From Vitrella brassicaformis CCMP3155 (lineage: Eukaryota > Protista > Chromerida), in assembly GCA_001179505.1 (NCBI GenBank), contig CDMY01000295.1, positions 124,001-188,000 on the forward strand: a DNA stretch of 64,000 nt, in the 5' to 3' direction. The position numbers were made by a program, and so were the translations under genes. The notes under the pieces were generated by a model that was not told where the DNA came from, did not search any database, and saw nothing but the letters and a program-made list of their open reading frames with translations. Position 1 is the stretch's first letter; every line of letters starts with the position of its first letter. Below are positions 12,805-25,002 of the stretch, piece by piece.

Positions 12805-14853
12805 ATGGGTGGTGTGTTGGGGGGGCTGTGCAGGAGGAGAGCTCGCCTGTGCTTGGGTAACGACTGGTGCAGACAGACTCATCAGAGAGCGGACAGCATG
12901 CTGTTGAATGTCCTCTGTGTCTGCTCGCGTGTCTGGTGCAGGTCCCACTGTCGACGAAGAAGAGGTCGGCGAGCCTCACAACCGCCCGTTGGGCGTGGAA
13001 GACCTCGATTTGTTCAAGGTCAACGAGAAAGTCCTCGCTGGCTTCATCCGACGCAGCGATGCGACGACCCATGGTCCGACCAAACGGCTTGCGAAAGGAA
13101 TCGCCCACCGCAGCTTCACTTATGCAGATCAAGTGAAGACGCTCATTCAGCAAGGGGCGGATCCTAACGCTGCACCCATACTCTGGGCTAAGGACAGCCG
13201 AGGCAAGCCATACTTGCACCGTATCAAGGACGACTCCTCCCCCCTTCTCAGCTTAGCCGTCGATAACTATACGCACTGCGGCATGAGCCATCACGCGACA
13301 TCTTTTCTCCGGCCTGACTGCGAAGTCGGCATAGTTTTCGACGTCGTTCTGCCCAATTGGTCGTCTGCCGAGCTGCAGCGAGACATCCTGCACGCGCTGC
13401 TCGATGGGGGGGCAGACATTAATCGCGGGGACTATACTAACGGACCAGCGACAGTAATGGAGAACAAGGCTATTCGGGTCGCAGTTCGTGGTGGCAACGT
13501 GACGGCTGTCGGAGCCCTCTTGGCACGCAACAGCGACCTGCACGGTTCTATTCATGACCACGTCATAGACCTCGCGTGCCTCTATGTTGTCCCGCCGCGT
13601 CCCCAGCAGTACGAGAATGCCCTGCTGACCATCTACAGACTACTCCTCCAACACGACCCAACCATCGCAACCCATACACCACCGCACGTGCCTGTGATAG
13701 GTACCTGCATGTTTGTGTCCTCGGCATGTGCGTCACTTTTGTACTTCTTGAGATCCAGCCGCAGCGGAGACAGACGATCGCCCAGCCTTTCGCCATCTGA
13801 GCTGGAGCCCCTGTCCGCCCTCACCTTGTGCATCGCGCAGCCGACTGGGGTCATTTCTACTCGCAAGCCTTTCTGGAACAGTATCTAGACCTTATCAGGG
13901 AGAGCGGTGTGAACTTGATGGCCATGGACAGCCAGCAGCAAACCCCGTTGCACACGGCGGCATTTCATGCCTCTTTCCACGTCGCTGACTACCTGTGCCG
14001 GCATTCGACTGTCGACGACATCAACAGAGGGACGCCAAAGGATTCCACCAACACGCCGCTCGCTTGCGCTGCGAGAGAGCTAGACATGCCCTCGTGCGCT
14101 TACAGAGCGCTTACTACCGTGCGTGTGCTGCTGCGCGGTGGGGCAGCGCCGTCCCTTACTCGCATGTCCACGGCTACCCACGAGCATCGCCGTCGCCAGC
14201 TGCTGGTGGTGGACGAGTACAAATCAGTGCTCAACGAGCTGCCCGATGTGGTCATAACGGCGATCAACGCCGCCCTCGCCCCCCATCGCGACCACTCGAT
14301 GCTCCTTGCCCGCCTGCTGCCCCTCGCCCCGCATCATGACGGCGCCCACCCCCACCCCTCCCCATCCAACATGGCATTCGGACCACACGAGGCCGAGGGC
14401 ATCGCATGGAAGGTCGGGGCCTTCCTGCACGAGCCATCGGCTGCTTCCGCGGCCATCGACGAATACCTCATCGGCGACTCGCAGCTGAGGCGCCGCGTCA
14501 AGGCGGCTGTCGGCCACTTCGTCAAGTCGGCGGCCACACGGACGAGCAGCAACAGAGAGGTGGTAGGCGGGACGAGATATGAGCAGCAGGGCGACAAGCG
14601 CGTCAAGGTGACCGTGCCGCCGCTGTAGTGCTTCGCCGTCAGAGGGCCCCGTGGTGGGCGGCCCCGCCTGGTGGGTGTGCGTGAGGCGGTGCATAGGGCT
14701 CGAATGGACGAGGTGGCAAAGTATCAGCTGACGGGCGTCCAGAAGGGCTTCAACGAGCACCTCGGCGGCGATGATTGCCTCTTTGGTGAGTGGCAGCAGC
14801 TGGGATACATCGATAGACAGACGAATCTGTTCGTCCCGCTGGGCATCGAGTAG
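12805..14853 (+). pseudogene. Ankyrin-repeat family copy 2 with premature TAG at 14626-14628; truncated or pseudogenised
   Basis: Exon 1 MGGVLGGLCRRRARLCLG, then ankyrin motifs LLDGGADIN and TPLHTAA. VPPL-TAG-CFAVR corresponds to VPPLKCFAIR and VPPLQCFAIR in the paralogues, and homology continues in frame to 14853. A frame change at about 13700-13810 needs a weak GAG acceptor. Confidence 0.7.
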
Positions 14854-15124
14854 AGTAGCGACCAGCAGCTGGATCTGTGGGGCAGCTTTCTGCCGCTGCA
14901 CGGGTGTGTCGTGGATGTGTGGTATATGATTATGTGTGCCGTCTCAGCGCACTCATCCGTGGCGTTGCGGACGGAAGGCGATTGACACATGCAATCGAAT
15001 CGTGTCCATACCGTATTCACATGGCCTGGCCAAACAACCAGCTCATATGCGTCACTCAAATCCCCCTTCACACAGCAAGAAACACGCCCGCTTTCCCTTT
15101 GCTCTCCAACACCGACACACGCAC

Positions 15125-15979
15125 TCAATTCACCACGTCAGTCTTTTCCACACATCCCTCGTAGGCCTTCAGCAGCCGCCTCTCGAAGTCTTCGTCCCTG
15201 GTAAACACACGCCCATCGACCTCCACCACCGGCTGCAGCTCATGCAGCGAGTTGACCAAATACAGCTGACAGCGGCCGGGTGGGGGGAGATCGTCCGCCC
15301 GCCATCTCACTTGCTCCGTCTTGATGCCCAACACGCTCCTAGCCCCATGTATCATCACGTCAATCGTGGACCCATGCAGCAGAGGCAGCTCGAAGCACGG
15401 CGTATAGAGGGAGCCGTCACGGCGGATGAGAAGGTTGGCAAAGGCGGACTCGAGCAGCCATCCCTCAGGGCTGACAGAGATGATGTCGTCCACATTTCTG
15501 CTGACGGCCTCCTGCCGGTACATCAGTCGCTCCAGATAGGCCAGCGACTTCAGGGATGACAGGCGAGCAGATGACGCACGCCGCTCGGAAAGGGCCACAC
15601 GTAAGCCACCAACACCCGTTTCCCCATTGCGGATTGGCTTGAGCATCATCAGCAGTGTCCCATGATCCCTCTCCGGCAGAGCAAGCGACGGCTGGCAGCC
15701 GCCGGTGACGATAATCTTGAGCCGCCAAGTCCCCCTCTCCGCTGCATTCGCCTGGACGAGAGCCTTCACAGCCGACAGGTTGATGTCAGGCGCCCTGATG
15801 CCCAGCGAGCAACATTGCTCCATCAGGTTCCGGACGTGAGCACCGAATTCTCGTACAGTGCCGTCAGAGATCTTCATGGTGGTGAAGATGCCGTCGCCGA
15901 ATAGGAAGCCTCGGTCTGTGACGGGAATGGCGGCGACAGACCCGTCCAGCAACTCGCCGTTCAGCCACACCTCCGGCAT
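15125..15979 (-). CDS. Class IV PLP-dependent aminotransferase-like enzyme; 4-amino-4-deoxychorismate lyase (PabC) or D-amino-acid/branched-chain aminotransferase-like; intronless
   Basis: MPEVWLNGEL...DRGFLFGDGIFTTM, HVRNL, PLP lysine LKSLAY, EGWLLESAFANL, LLHGST. This is the fold-type IV motif set. Confidence 0.88.
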   Translation of the reverse strand: MPEVWLNGELLDGSVAAIPVTDRGFLFGDGIFTTMKISDGTVREFGAHVRNLMEQCCSLGIRAPDINLSAVKALVQANAAERGTWRLKIIVTGGCQPSLALPERDHGTLLMMLKPIRNGETGVGGLRVALSERRASSARLSSLKSLAYLERLMYRQEAVSRNVDDIISVSPEGWLLESAFANLLIRRDGSLYTPCFELPLLHGSTIDVMIHGARSVLGIKTEQVRWRADDLPPPGRCQLYLVNSLHELQPVVEVDGRVFTRDEDFERRLLKAYEGCVEKTDVVN

Positions 15980-16487
15980 GGCATTTGAAGCGGCCTTGTT
16001 GCACGGTGGTTGTCGTTCCTCTAACTCAAATTGATGGTAGGAATTCCTACTCTGCTGGAGCCGTGTTGTCGCAGCCCAGTTTCTTCGTGGGCTCACCTTC
16101 AAAAAGGTGGAGCCGTTTGTCTACGGTATCTGCGAGCTTTTGAAATCCCCCTGGCAAAAAACCTGCTTCTTTCGCTTCGATGATGGCCTTTAAAGTGCTT
16201 GTGGTTGTGTGTGTGATGTGCTTCAGGTGGAATGTGTGAAGATCTGCGTGATTTTCAAGTTCTCGGGATGGAGTCCTTCGCTGAGGACCCAGCTGAGAAG
16301 ACCGGTGAACTCCTGCCCTTTGACGCACCGCAGTCGACGCACTGCGTTCCGGTCACTTTGTTCAAGGCATCATTTCAGCCATCTCGCGGTTTTCGGCAAT
16401 TCGCTGGACCTCTTATTTTATCGTTCGCGTGTGAGTGATTGGTGGATGTGGTGCGTCTGGTGACGCACCGAGGAGCCCTCTGCCCTC

Positions 16488-18483
16488 ATGTCGGTCGAGA
16501 CGAAGACACGCCAGACGCACCGTCGGCGGCTGAAGAGAAACCAGCGCCTTGCAACCCTCCGCCCGGCTCCCTTGTCGATACCCTTGTCAATTCCCATGGT
16601 GCCGCACCTTAGCTCAGTCGTGCGAGTGATGGACCCCTTCGACGGCCCCCTCATTGTGCTCTTCAACGCCCACCAGGCGCCCGCACGCACAGTCGCTTTG
16701 GCCCTCTTGCTGACGAAGGGCGGAAAGGTCTTCTGTGTGGTGCCGTCAATGCAGCTTTCCGGCCTTCATGAGACGATGGCTGCCATCGACGCCAACGGCG
16801 GACGCGCAGCTGCCCACGAAGCTGACGTGTCGAGACGATCGGCGGTGCTGTGTGGGATGGACGAGGCGAGAAGGTGGGGCGGCAGACAGGTGGATTATGT
16901 TGTGGTGGCAGACAGAGGCGACCGTGCTCGCGAGGAGGTGGACGACGACGTGATGGCTTTGGATGTGGCTGAGATGGAGAGGGAGATGGATTGGGGGCTG
17001 CTGCCGCATGTGTGGGCCACACAGGCGGCGGCCAGGGAATGTGTGCACGCGCCGAGGCAAACGGTGAGGACCAGAAAGAAAGAAAAGACACGCACGGATC
17101 ACTCATGGACGGAATGAAATGAATCCAATGTGCGTCTGTGTATCTTTGTCTGTCTGCCTGGTGCAGCCACTGTTCTTCTTTCACGCCATGACGGCCCCAG
17201 GCCTAGGCCGCATCGGCCCCCTTGTGGACAGCACCCACAGCGCCATTCACGAGCTCACTCAAGCGAGGAGGACGTACAACCACCTGCCAGTGTCCCCCGG
17301 CCGCCCCCTGTTCGCCTTCTCCCTCACCCTCCCCGCCCCCGAGCCCCCGCCACACTCGCTCACCCCTCTTCTGGATGCACTCATGAGCACATCCACACCG
17401 CCGCCATTCCCTCCCGGCAGCAACCTGGAGGTCGATCCGTCTGGGAGGCCGAACGAGCTGCCCAGATTCCGGGAAGTCACTAGTGGAGCTATGCACCCCA
17501 GGAGTCCGCCCCGAGAAAGGGTCGTCCAGTCGCGAACAATGGCGTCGCTTCCATCGTTGCCTGGGCTGGTGTGTGTGGTCAGCGACGCCAGCAGCGATGT
17601 CGGGCAGGCGATCGCTGTCGCTCTGGCGAAGAAGCGGGTGCAGGTACGGTGCTGACAAACACATGAGACGCTTGCAAGCATCCTGTGTCGTTTGTTGTGT
17701 GTGCAGATGGTGGTGTGTGGCGGCCGCGAGAGTGCTGAGATTGTGCGGGGCATCGAGGATGAGGGCGGCTCGGCGGCACCATACGAGGGCACAATTGACG
17801 GCGCTTTCACATTCGCTGGTCGGTCAAACAAATCACAAAGACACGCCCTATCGTAAACACGAACTATGTATGTATCGTTGATCTCTCTTCATCAGAGACG
17901 CACTACGGCCACTGTGTTGACGTCTACATCAACACCAATGGCGGTAGACGGGATCAACGAGCCGACGGGCTGGACGACGCGCGAGAGGTGTGGCGCGCCG
18001 AGGTCATCGGGGCGGTGAGGGGATGTCAGATGGCCATACGGCACTTCCAGGCAGCGAAACCGCCAAAGGTGAGTGACCAGGGAGAAACGAGATGAGCAAA
18101 CACAATGCATATTGGTGGTTGGATTGATGGATGGATGGATGTGCGCAGACGAGTGCCTGCTGGGTGCTGAATTTGACGTCGCGGCGATGTGTCGCCTCCC
18201 ACCTCACGACCGCGGCGCTGCACACACTCACCAGGTGGCTGGCGCACTCGACCGGCGCGTGTGCGGTGAGGCGGCATCACCCCCTGCTTGATGTACGCGT
18301 GGTGGCCATCGACACGTCCGGTGCTCATCCGAAGGTGCGACAAGGAACGATCAGAGATACACTAGCGCAAGCGTTGATGAGCGAACATGTGTGACTTTTG
18401 TCTTTTCTGTCTGTCAGGGTGTTGGGGATTTTGTGGTGTCGCTGCTGAGTGGGCAGGGGTCCGCATGGGAGAGCGGCTCGGTG
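16488..18483 (+). CDS. Degenerate short-chain dehydrogenase/reductase-like protein with two Rossmann-like segments; structure uncertain
   Basis: IDANGGRAAAHEADVSRRSAV...GRQVDYVVV and VCVVSDASSDVGQAIAVALAKKRVQMVVCG resemble SDR N-terminal segments, but the TGxxxGIG glycines are lost. Confidence 0.5.
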
Positions 18484-19911
18484 ATCAGACTCGACTGCAA
18501 CGGCAGTCCGCAGAATGTGGCCCCTGACTGACTGATGGATACCTGGATGGATGGATGGATGGATGGATGGATGGGGAAGGTGTGCCTACATAACCTAACG
18601 GTACGGTCGGTTGTGTATTTTTCTCCCTCTGTCTGCCTGCCTGCCTGCCTATCTGCTGTCGACTGATGACGGCAGCTCTCGTGTGGGCCTGTGTGCCAGG
18701 GGAGAGGGGGATCCGTTGATGCATGAGTTTATATGGGGGGCCCTCGTCTCGTCTCGCTGTCCGAAAGGAAGTGGAGGGGAGGGAGGTGGGACCACACTCA
18801 TTCGGTGAGTGAGTGCATACGTGGGATGGATGAATGTCTATGCAATGCATACGGCCGGGCGGGGAACAGACAGGGGTAATGCACTGCGCATGTTTTCATG
18901 CCTTCATTCCATTGCATTCCATACCGCTCTTTTTTCGTCGATCTGATCGACGGAGACGTTTTTCTGCTGCTTGAACTTCCTTGCTTCATACCGGGGGATG
19001 AGCATACAAACATATCACGTGTGTGCGTGTGCGTGTGCGTGTGGGTGTTGGTGTGGGTATGGCTGCATGTGTGCGTGTGCGCTGCGGTAGGGTGGCATCT
19101 GACCAGACGCCAGCCTACCGCAGTGTGGGCGAGAGAGAGGAGACAGGGTGAGAGGGGGGCGGGGGGGAGAAAAATGGCTATTTGTCTCACTCAGTCACTC
19201 ACTCACTCGTGATTCCGGGGCAAAACTGTTTTCATGACATTTGCGTGCGTATGGGTTGGGTGGTACACATGTCTGCCTGCCTGCCTGCCAGCATCCTAAC
19301 CACAAGAACGACTTTGCCCGTCTGCGTGTCTCTCCGTGCGTGATTGTCTGTGATTGCCTATGGGGGGATGCGATACATGCGGTGTGCAGGACCATCCTGA
19401 CTTCATATATGCCTTTACTTACATGGCACTTTGGACTCGCAGTGCGTCGATGGATGTGTGAGAGGAAGTGCATTATGAGGGGACACATGCGTTAAAACGT
19501 TAGTCGTTCATATGCCTTCTGTCTGTCTGTCTGTCTGTCTGTCTCTTGATCGATCGATATGGGTCGCGAGGGAGGGGGGAGGGAGGGAGGGAGGGAGGGC
19601 GGGTGGGCAGGACCGAACGACTGTCCGAGTATGGGTGTGTCCGACTGTATGCAGTGAATGACCCACTTGAACAGAAATGAATGGACCGTCATTGAGCTAT
19701 CCAACCAAAGTCAATCACTGCAGCAGGCAGGCTGATTAAGCACCTGACCTGACACCCATCGATAGGCAGCCAGCAGACGCGCCTCGGGACAGAGATGAAA
19801 TGGACGGATGCTGCCGCAAGAATGGTACAGAGAGGGAAGATCCTATGGCTGACAAGACGGCCTATGGACTCAGAATAACCAAGCGACGCTCTGGTGACCT
19901 TCAGGGGCCTC

Positions 19912-20098
19912 TTATTCCACCTCAATCGCCTCAAGGTGGTGGTCCACATGCCGTCGATCGAGTCGATCGGCGATCTGCAACGGGCGTTCTCCCCGCAGAG
20001 GCGACGCTGGAGGCTGAAATTTGGTGTGCGGAGAGAGCTTGGCGTGACCTCCATTTTGACTCGTTGCATGCCCGCCTCCGTGAGCTGGGCAAAGCGCT
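19912..20098 (+). repeat. Dispersed repeat copy A (about 190 bp); inverted relative to 27361-27560
   Basis: Core GATCTGCAACGGGCG...GGGCAAAGCG of about 125 bp is near-identical to the reverse complement of 27361-27486. Confidence 0.85.
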
Positions 20099-20410
20099 AA
20101 GTGCCAGTTAGAGGGACGCAGACTGAACATAACAGCTCGCACCTTCGTTTGCGAAAAGCGACCAGCCATTCGACAAAGTGACCAGGCATCACGCACATCA
20201 GGCCGCCTTCTCCCACAGCACCACCACCCAGGGGTTTTGCCGAGTCGGAATTCCACCGCAGTTTCCAGGAAAACTGACGGGGGAGGAAAATGTGGTGGAG
20301 CCGTGCTGTCTCCCTCCTCTTTTCTTTTACGCGGGTCTGGAGCCGTGGTTGTCGCGGTTCCCGCGATCTTTTTTGCGAGCTTCCTTGGTTGGAAGGAAGC
20401 ACCGTGAACC

Positions 20411-22060
20411 ATGGCGCATATGCAGTCGAATCAAGGTGACACCACTGAGACGAACGCCGGAGAAAATCCGAAGAAATGTCACCTGATTGCTGTGTGTATG
20501 TTCCTCTCCCCGGCAGGCCTCCCTCCCGGCATGCTGCCGGGCATGATCCCAGGCTTCAGTCGACCCCCAGCGGCTCCCATGGCGCCTCAGAGCCAGCCGC
20601 CCCCTCCTCCCAACCCTCCCCCTGCTGCACCAGCACCCGCACCGGCCTACTTCCCCACTCCCACGCCCATCCGGCCCATGCAGTATCCCGCCGTCCCCCA
20701 GGCGTTCAACCCTGCCGTCATGGCCACCGCTCCATCGGCATTCAGCCAGCCGAGGCCACCGCCGAACGCCCCAGTGGTGTCATCTCAGGGGCAGGGGCGG
20801 TTCCCACAGCCGAGGCCGCCTAGCAAGGAGCAGCAGCTCGAGGATCTCCAGAACACCCTGTGCGTGAGCAGAGAGGGAGGGGTGGGTGTAGGAGCGATGA
20901 AGGATTTTCACTGTCGATTGGTGGTTTGGTGTGCAGGAAGGATGCGCGAGGTTGGCTGCGTCAGGTGACCAAGGTGCGGTGCTGCAAGTTGCGGGGGCTG
21001 TGCTACGAGTGCATGAAGGCCAAATCCATGCCTGTCGACGACCGGCAGTAAGCAGACACACAGGCAGACGGACAGACAGACAGGGAGGGAGGGAGAGATC
21101 CATAGAGGCACAGTCGTACGTGCATTGTGTGTGTGTGTGGTCTGTGCGTGTGTGTGTGTATGTGTGTCAGTTACGAGGCCATTGTGTGGGCCGGGTCAGC
21201 GCAGCTGTGCTCTGGTAAGGAAGGGCGAGACCAAGGCTGCCTGACACAAACCCACTGCTCACCGGTGGCATCATCCAATCCATGTGTTTGCGTGTGAGCG
21301 TGTGTGTGCAGGGTGTTACAGCAAGATGAAGAAGCAGCTGAAGCACCGCCCACTGTGTCAGTTCTGCAGGAGGTCGTTCATCCCACTCTCGTGCTACCAA
21401 GCGGTCAGTAGCCGGCCGGGGTGGGTCGGTGGTTCGGTGGTCATCTCATCCCATTCAATTCACGTACGTGTGTGTTGCCCTTCCCTCCCTCCCTCCCTTC
21501 CTCCCTCCCTCCCCACAGGAGTCTGTTCGCGGCACGTATCAGGCCACCTGCAACGAGTGCTTCGCTGCATACCGGGAGAACGCGTCAGAAGTCTCCAAGT
21601 CAGTCACCATACCACAGCAGAGCACAATATAGTCCCTGGATGGACGGATGGATGGATGGATACCCACACACATGAGATGGCCGTTCGCTCCTGTGCCGTC
21701 CGTGGTCAGGTGTGCGTTTTGCGAGTTGGAGGCCGCCTTCGGCGAGAGGATGTACTGTGCCGAGTGCGATCGACAGAAGAGCCAGTGAGTGAGCCACACA
21801 GGGAGGGAGGGAGGGAGCATCCATTTATCCACACCCACACATGGCTGGACATCCTGCGTCGTGTGTGCGTGTGTGCGTCAGGTATGGCCCGCCTCGTGAG
21901 TGTCAGTGGTGTCGCAAGACCTGCGCCTTCGACAAGGGCGAGCCCAAACGAGCACAGGTACACCCCACCCACTCGCACACACCCACCCCCCACACACGCC
22001 CACAGATATGATGGATTCAAAATGCTGCCTGCCTGCCTGCCTGCCTGGCTCTCTCTCTCC

Positions 22061-22093
<33 letters not shown>

Positions 22094-23030
22094 TGTCCGA
22101 TCGGTCAGTTTGGCGGCCGTCTGTTGTGTTACCACTGTTCCCTGCAGTACAACAAAATCGTCAAGGAGATCGCAGCCACCGAACCTGACCGCATCAAACG
22201 ACACGAGGCCACCTTAAGCAGTGCACGCCCTCCCCCCCATCCACACCTCACCCACACACACACACCCTGCCCTGCCCATTGTGCTCACAGGAGCGTGAGA
22301 TAGCCCGTCTGGAGCAGCGGTACGAGGACCACAACCGCCGCAAGCGCGAGGCGCGTGAACGTGACGAGGCCGACCGCGCCCGTGCGCAGGAGCAGCGGCG
22401 GCAGAAGGAGGAGGAGGAGAGGCGCCGGGTGCTCAGCCAGACCAACATCAGCCTCCCTGAGGAGCAGTATCTCGACGCCAGGAACAGGGGCGTCTATGAG
22501 GAGATCAATCCTGACAACAGGACCGAGGCCGAACAAGTCATGGAACTGTGAGTGAGGCCGATTGTTGCAATGCACTGCATTCTCTTGACAGAGAGGTGAA
22601 AGACATAGATCATGGTGCGGCCCTTTGTGTGTGCAGGGGTGCTGTCCTGCGTGGCGAGGTGGCTGTGATCGAGGCCCAGGTCGATACCATCGACAAGGCG
22701 TACCAACACAAGGTGGGGAAATAAAAGACACAGGCCGCCAGCACACCACACTACTACACCATGTCTGTCTGTCTGCTGGTGTGTGTGTGATCGGTGCAGA
22801 AGAGTGAGGGCGAGAAGATCCTCAAGGAGCAGGAGAAGATCACCGAGGGACTGGTAAGTGAGTCGCACCCCCAATCCACCCATCCATCCGTCCACTATGT
22901 ATGTCTGTCTGTATGGCTCTCTCTCCTCATCCCTTCAGTCGATGGCCGCCGACCGTGCCGAGCAGCGGGCCCGCGACGAGACGGCGGATCGCAAGGCGCA
23001 GCTCAAAGAAGCCAAACAGGAGAAAGCGGT

Positions 23031-23061
<31 letters not shown>

Positions 23062-24385
23062 CCACCTACAACAACACACAGAGACCCTTATGGTCATCCG
23101 CCATCGGTCCCCTCTCTCCCTGTGTGTGTGTGTGTGTGTGCAGAATAAGGAGAGTGAGTGGGAGGGCATCACCAAGGACCTCCGGGCCGAGCAGCAGCAG
23201 GCCGACCGGGAGACCAAATCACTCAACCAAAAGGCGCAAAAGTAAGTGACCGACGCCACAACCACAGACACCCACAGACCCCCCCTCCCCCCTCCCTCCT
23301 TTCACACACACACGCAAATCTGTTCTGTCCGTGGCGCATGCAGGTGTGCGAAGGACCGTGTCGCGCGCGAGTCGGAGCTGCCGGACCTGTTTGTCCGCGT
23401 GAAGCGTCTGTTCATGAAGGAGCGCGAGATCCACAAGCAGCTAGAGGCCGGGGAGACGCCCATATCTGAGGAGGGCGAGGAGGAGGAGGACGACGACGAG
23501 ACCGCCGACGGCATCACACTCAAACTCGCAGAGGAATTCCTCCAGGAATATGCCGTGAGCGAGATAAGGGAGCACGACACGGCACGAGCCTGGCCGTCAC
23601 GCTGTGTGTGTGTGTGTGTGTGTCAGGATGAGATCTCCAAGCTGTTTGAGCGCGAGCAGGAGGAGCAGAAGGCGGCTCTCGTGCAGATCAAGCCCCTCGG
23701 CCCCTCCCCCTCCCCCTCCCACCCCCCATCAGCCAAACACCGCCAGAGAGGCCCCCGCGTCATCACCACCACCACCACAGCACAGCAGCCGAGCGGCAGC
23801 GAAGTCCAGCCACCACCACAGAAGGGCAGGAAGCGCGCCGCACCACCACCACCGGCACCCCCAGGACCACACAAGCCACCCCCCGAAGACGAGCCTTCCC
23901 ACCCATCCAAGAAGCATCGATCGCAGGACAGCCGCGAGGAGGCGCAGGAGGAGGAGGACGGTGGCGGCAAGATGGATGTGGACGAAGAGGCAGAGGAGGC
24001 AGAGGAGGAGGGCGAGGACGCGGATGCGGCTAATAGTGGTGAGGAGAAGGTGTCCAAGAAGGAGCGCAAGAAGCGTCGCAAGGAGGAGAAGAAGGCCCGC
24101 AAGAAGGCCAAGAAGGAGGAGAAGAAACGACGCAAGACCAAGAAGCGGTCGTCCCGGGGCAAGAAGGCATCCGACGAGGCAGACGAGGACGAGCAGGGCG
24201 ACGAGAGCAAGGCTGCTGAGGAGGGGGAGGGGGAGGGCGCGAGCAGTGCCGCTGCCGGCGGTAGCGGTGCTGGGGACGGCGATGGAGGAGGCAGGAGCAA
24301 GGGCAGCAACGAGGGGCCGGGTGAGGAGAGTGAGGACAGCGACGCGCCGCTGAAACCCATCAAGAAGAAGGTCAGCAATACATAA
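20411..24385 (+). CDS. FAM76-family Cys-rich protein with Pro-rich N-terminus, coiled coil and Lys/Glu-rich tail
   Basis: Spliced YGPPRECQWCRKTCAFDKGEPKRAFGGRLLCYHCSLQYNKIV matches recalled FAM76 YGPPxxCxxCKQQCAFDR...GKLLCWLCTLSY. Preceded by several CxxC pairs. Phase-consistent exons run to the stop at 24385. Confidence 0.78.
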
Positions 24386-25002
24386 AGATGATCACACACA
24401 CGCGGCACCCCTGTGTGTGATTGGTATGTGGGGTGTGTGCAGGGCCGTCTCAAGAAGCGCCCAGAGGAGGCCGCCTGACTGGAGGACAGGACTACTGATA
24501 TACTCTAGTGGCTGTGTAACCTCACACACACCGTACGTGGCCTCATGTGTGGGTGGGTCGGTGGGTGTGGGACGGTCATGCGATTGATTGCGATGGACGA
24601 TGAGTGGATGGTGTTTGAATGAATGGGCTGTTTGATGCGATGAATGCTCAAGATGTGGAGCACGGCCTTCGCAGCACACGTCATCTTACATAAACGATGA
24701 CATTAAACCGATACATGCAGAAAAAAGAACCACGCACTAATCACACACAGGTGGGTGCATCAGGTCTCATGATTCACAGCAAAACGGACGCACTTCTTGC
24801 AGTCTCTCTTCAGCCATCCATCCATCCATCATTCCACCCTATGTACCCTGTGAGGGAACAAATGGATGGGAATCAAAACGCATACAGAGAGACGAAAGCC
24901 ACTACAGATCCATTCAATTCGCCACCACACACTGGCCACTCCCGCTCTCCCGGCACGCACGTGAATCGCTACCCAGCCCTTCGACCATTCACTCTGCATG
25001 CC

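Noticed and set aside
19800-20111. OTU/ULP-protease-like HFDSL motif in the ORF ...LEAEIWCAERAWRDLHFDSLHARL
   Set aside because: Substitutions between the two repeat copies are non-synonymous in this frame and mostly synonymous in another, and no catalytic Cys context is present.
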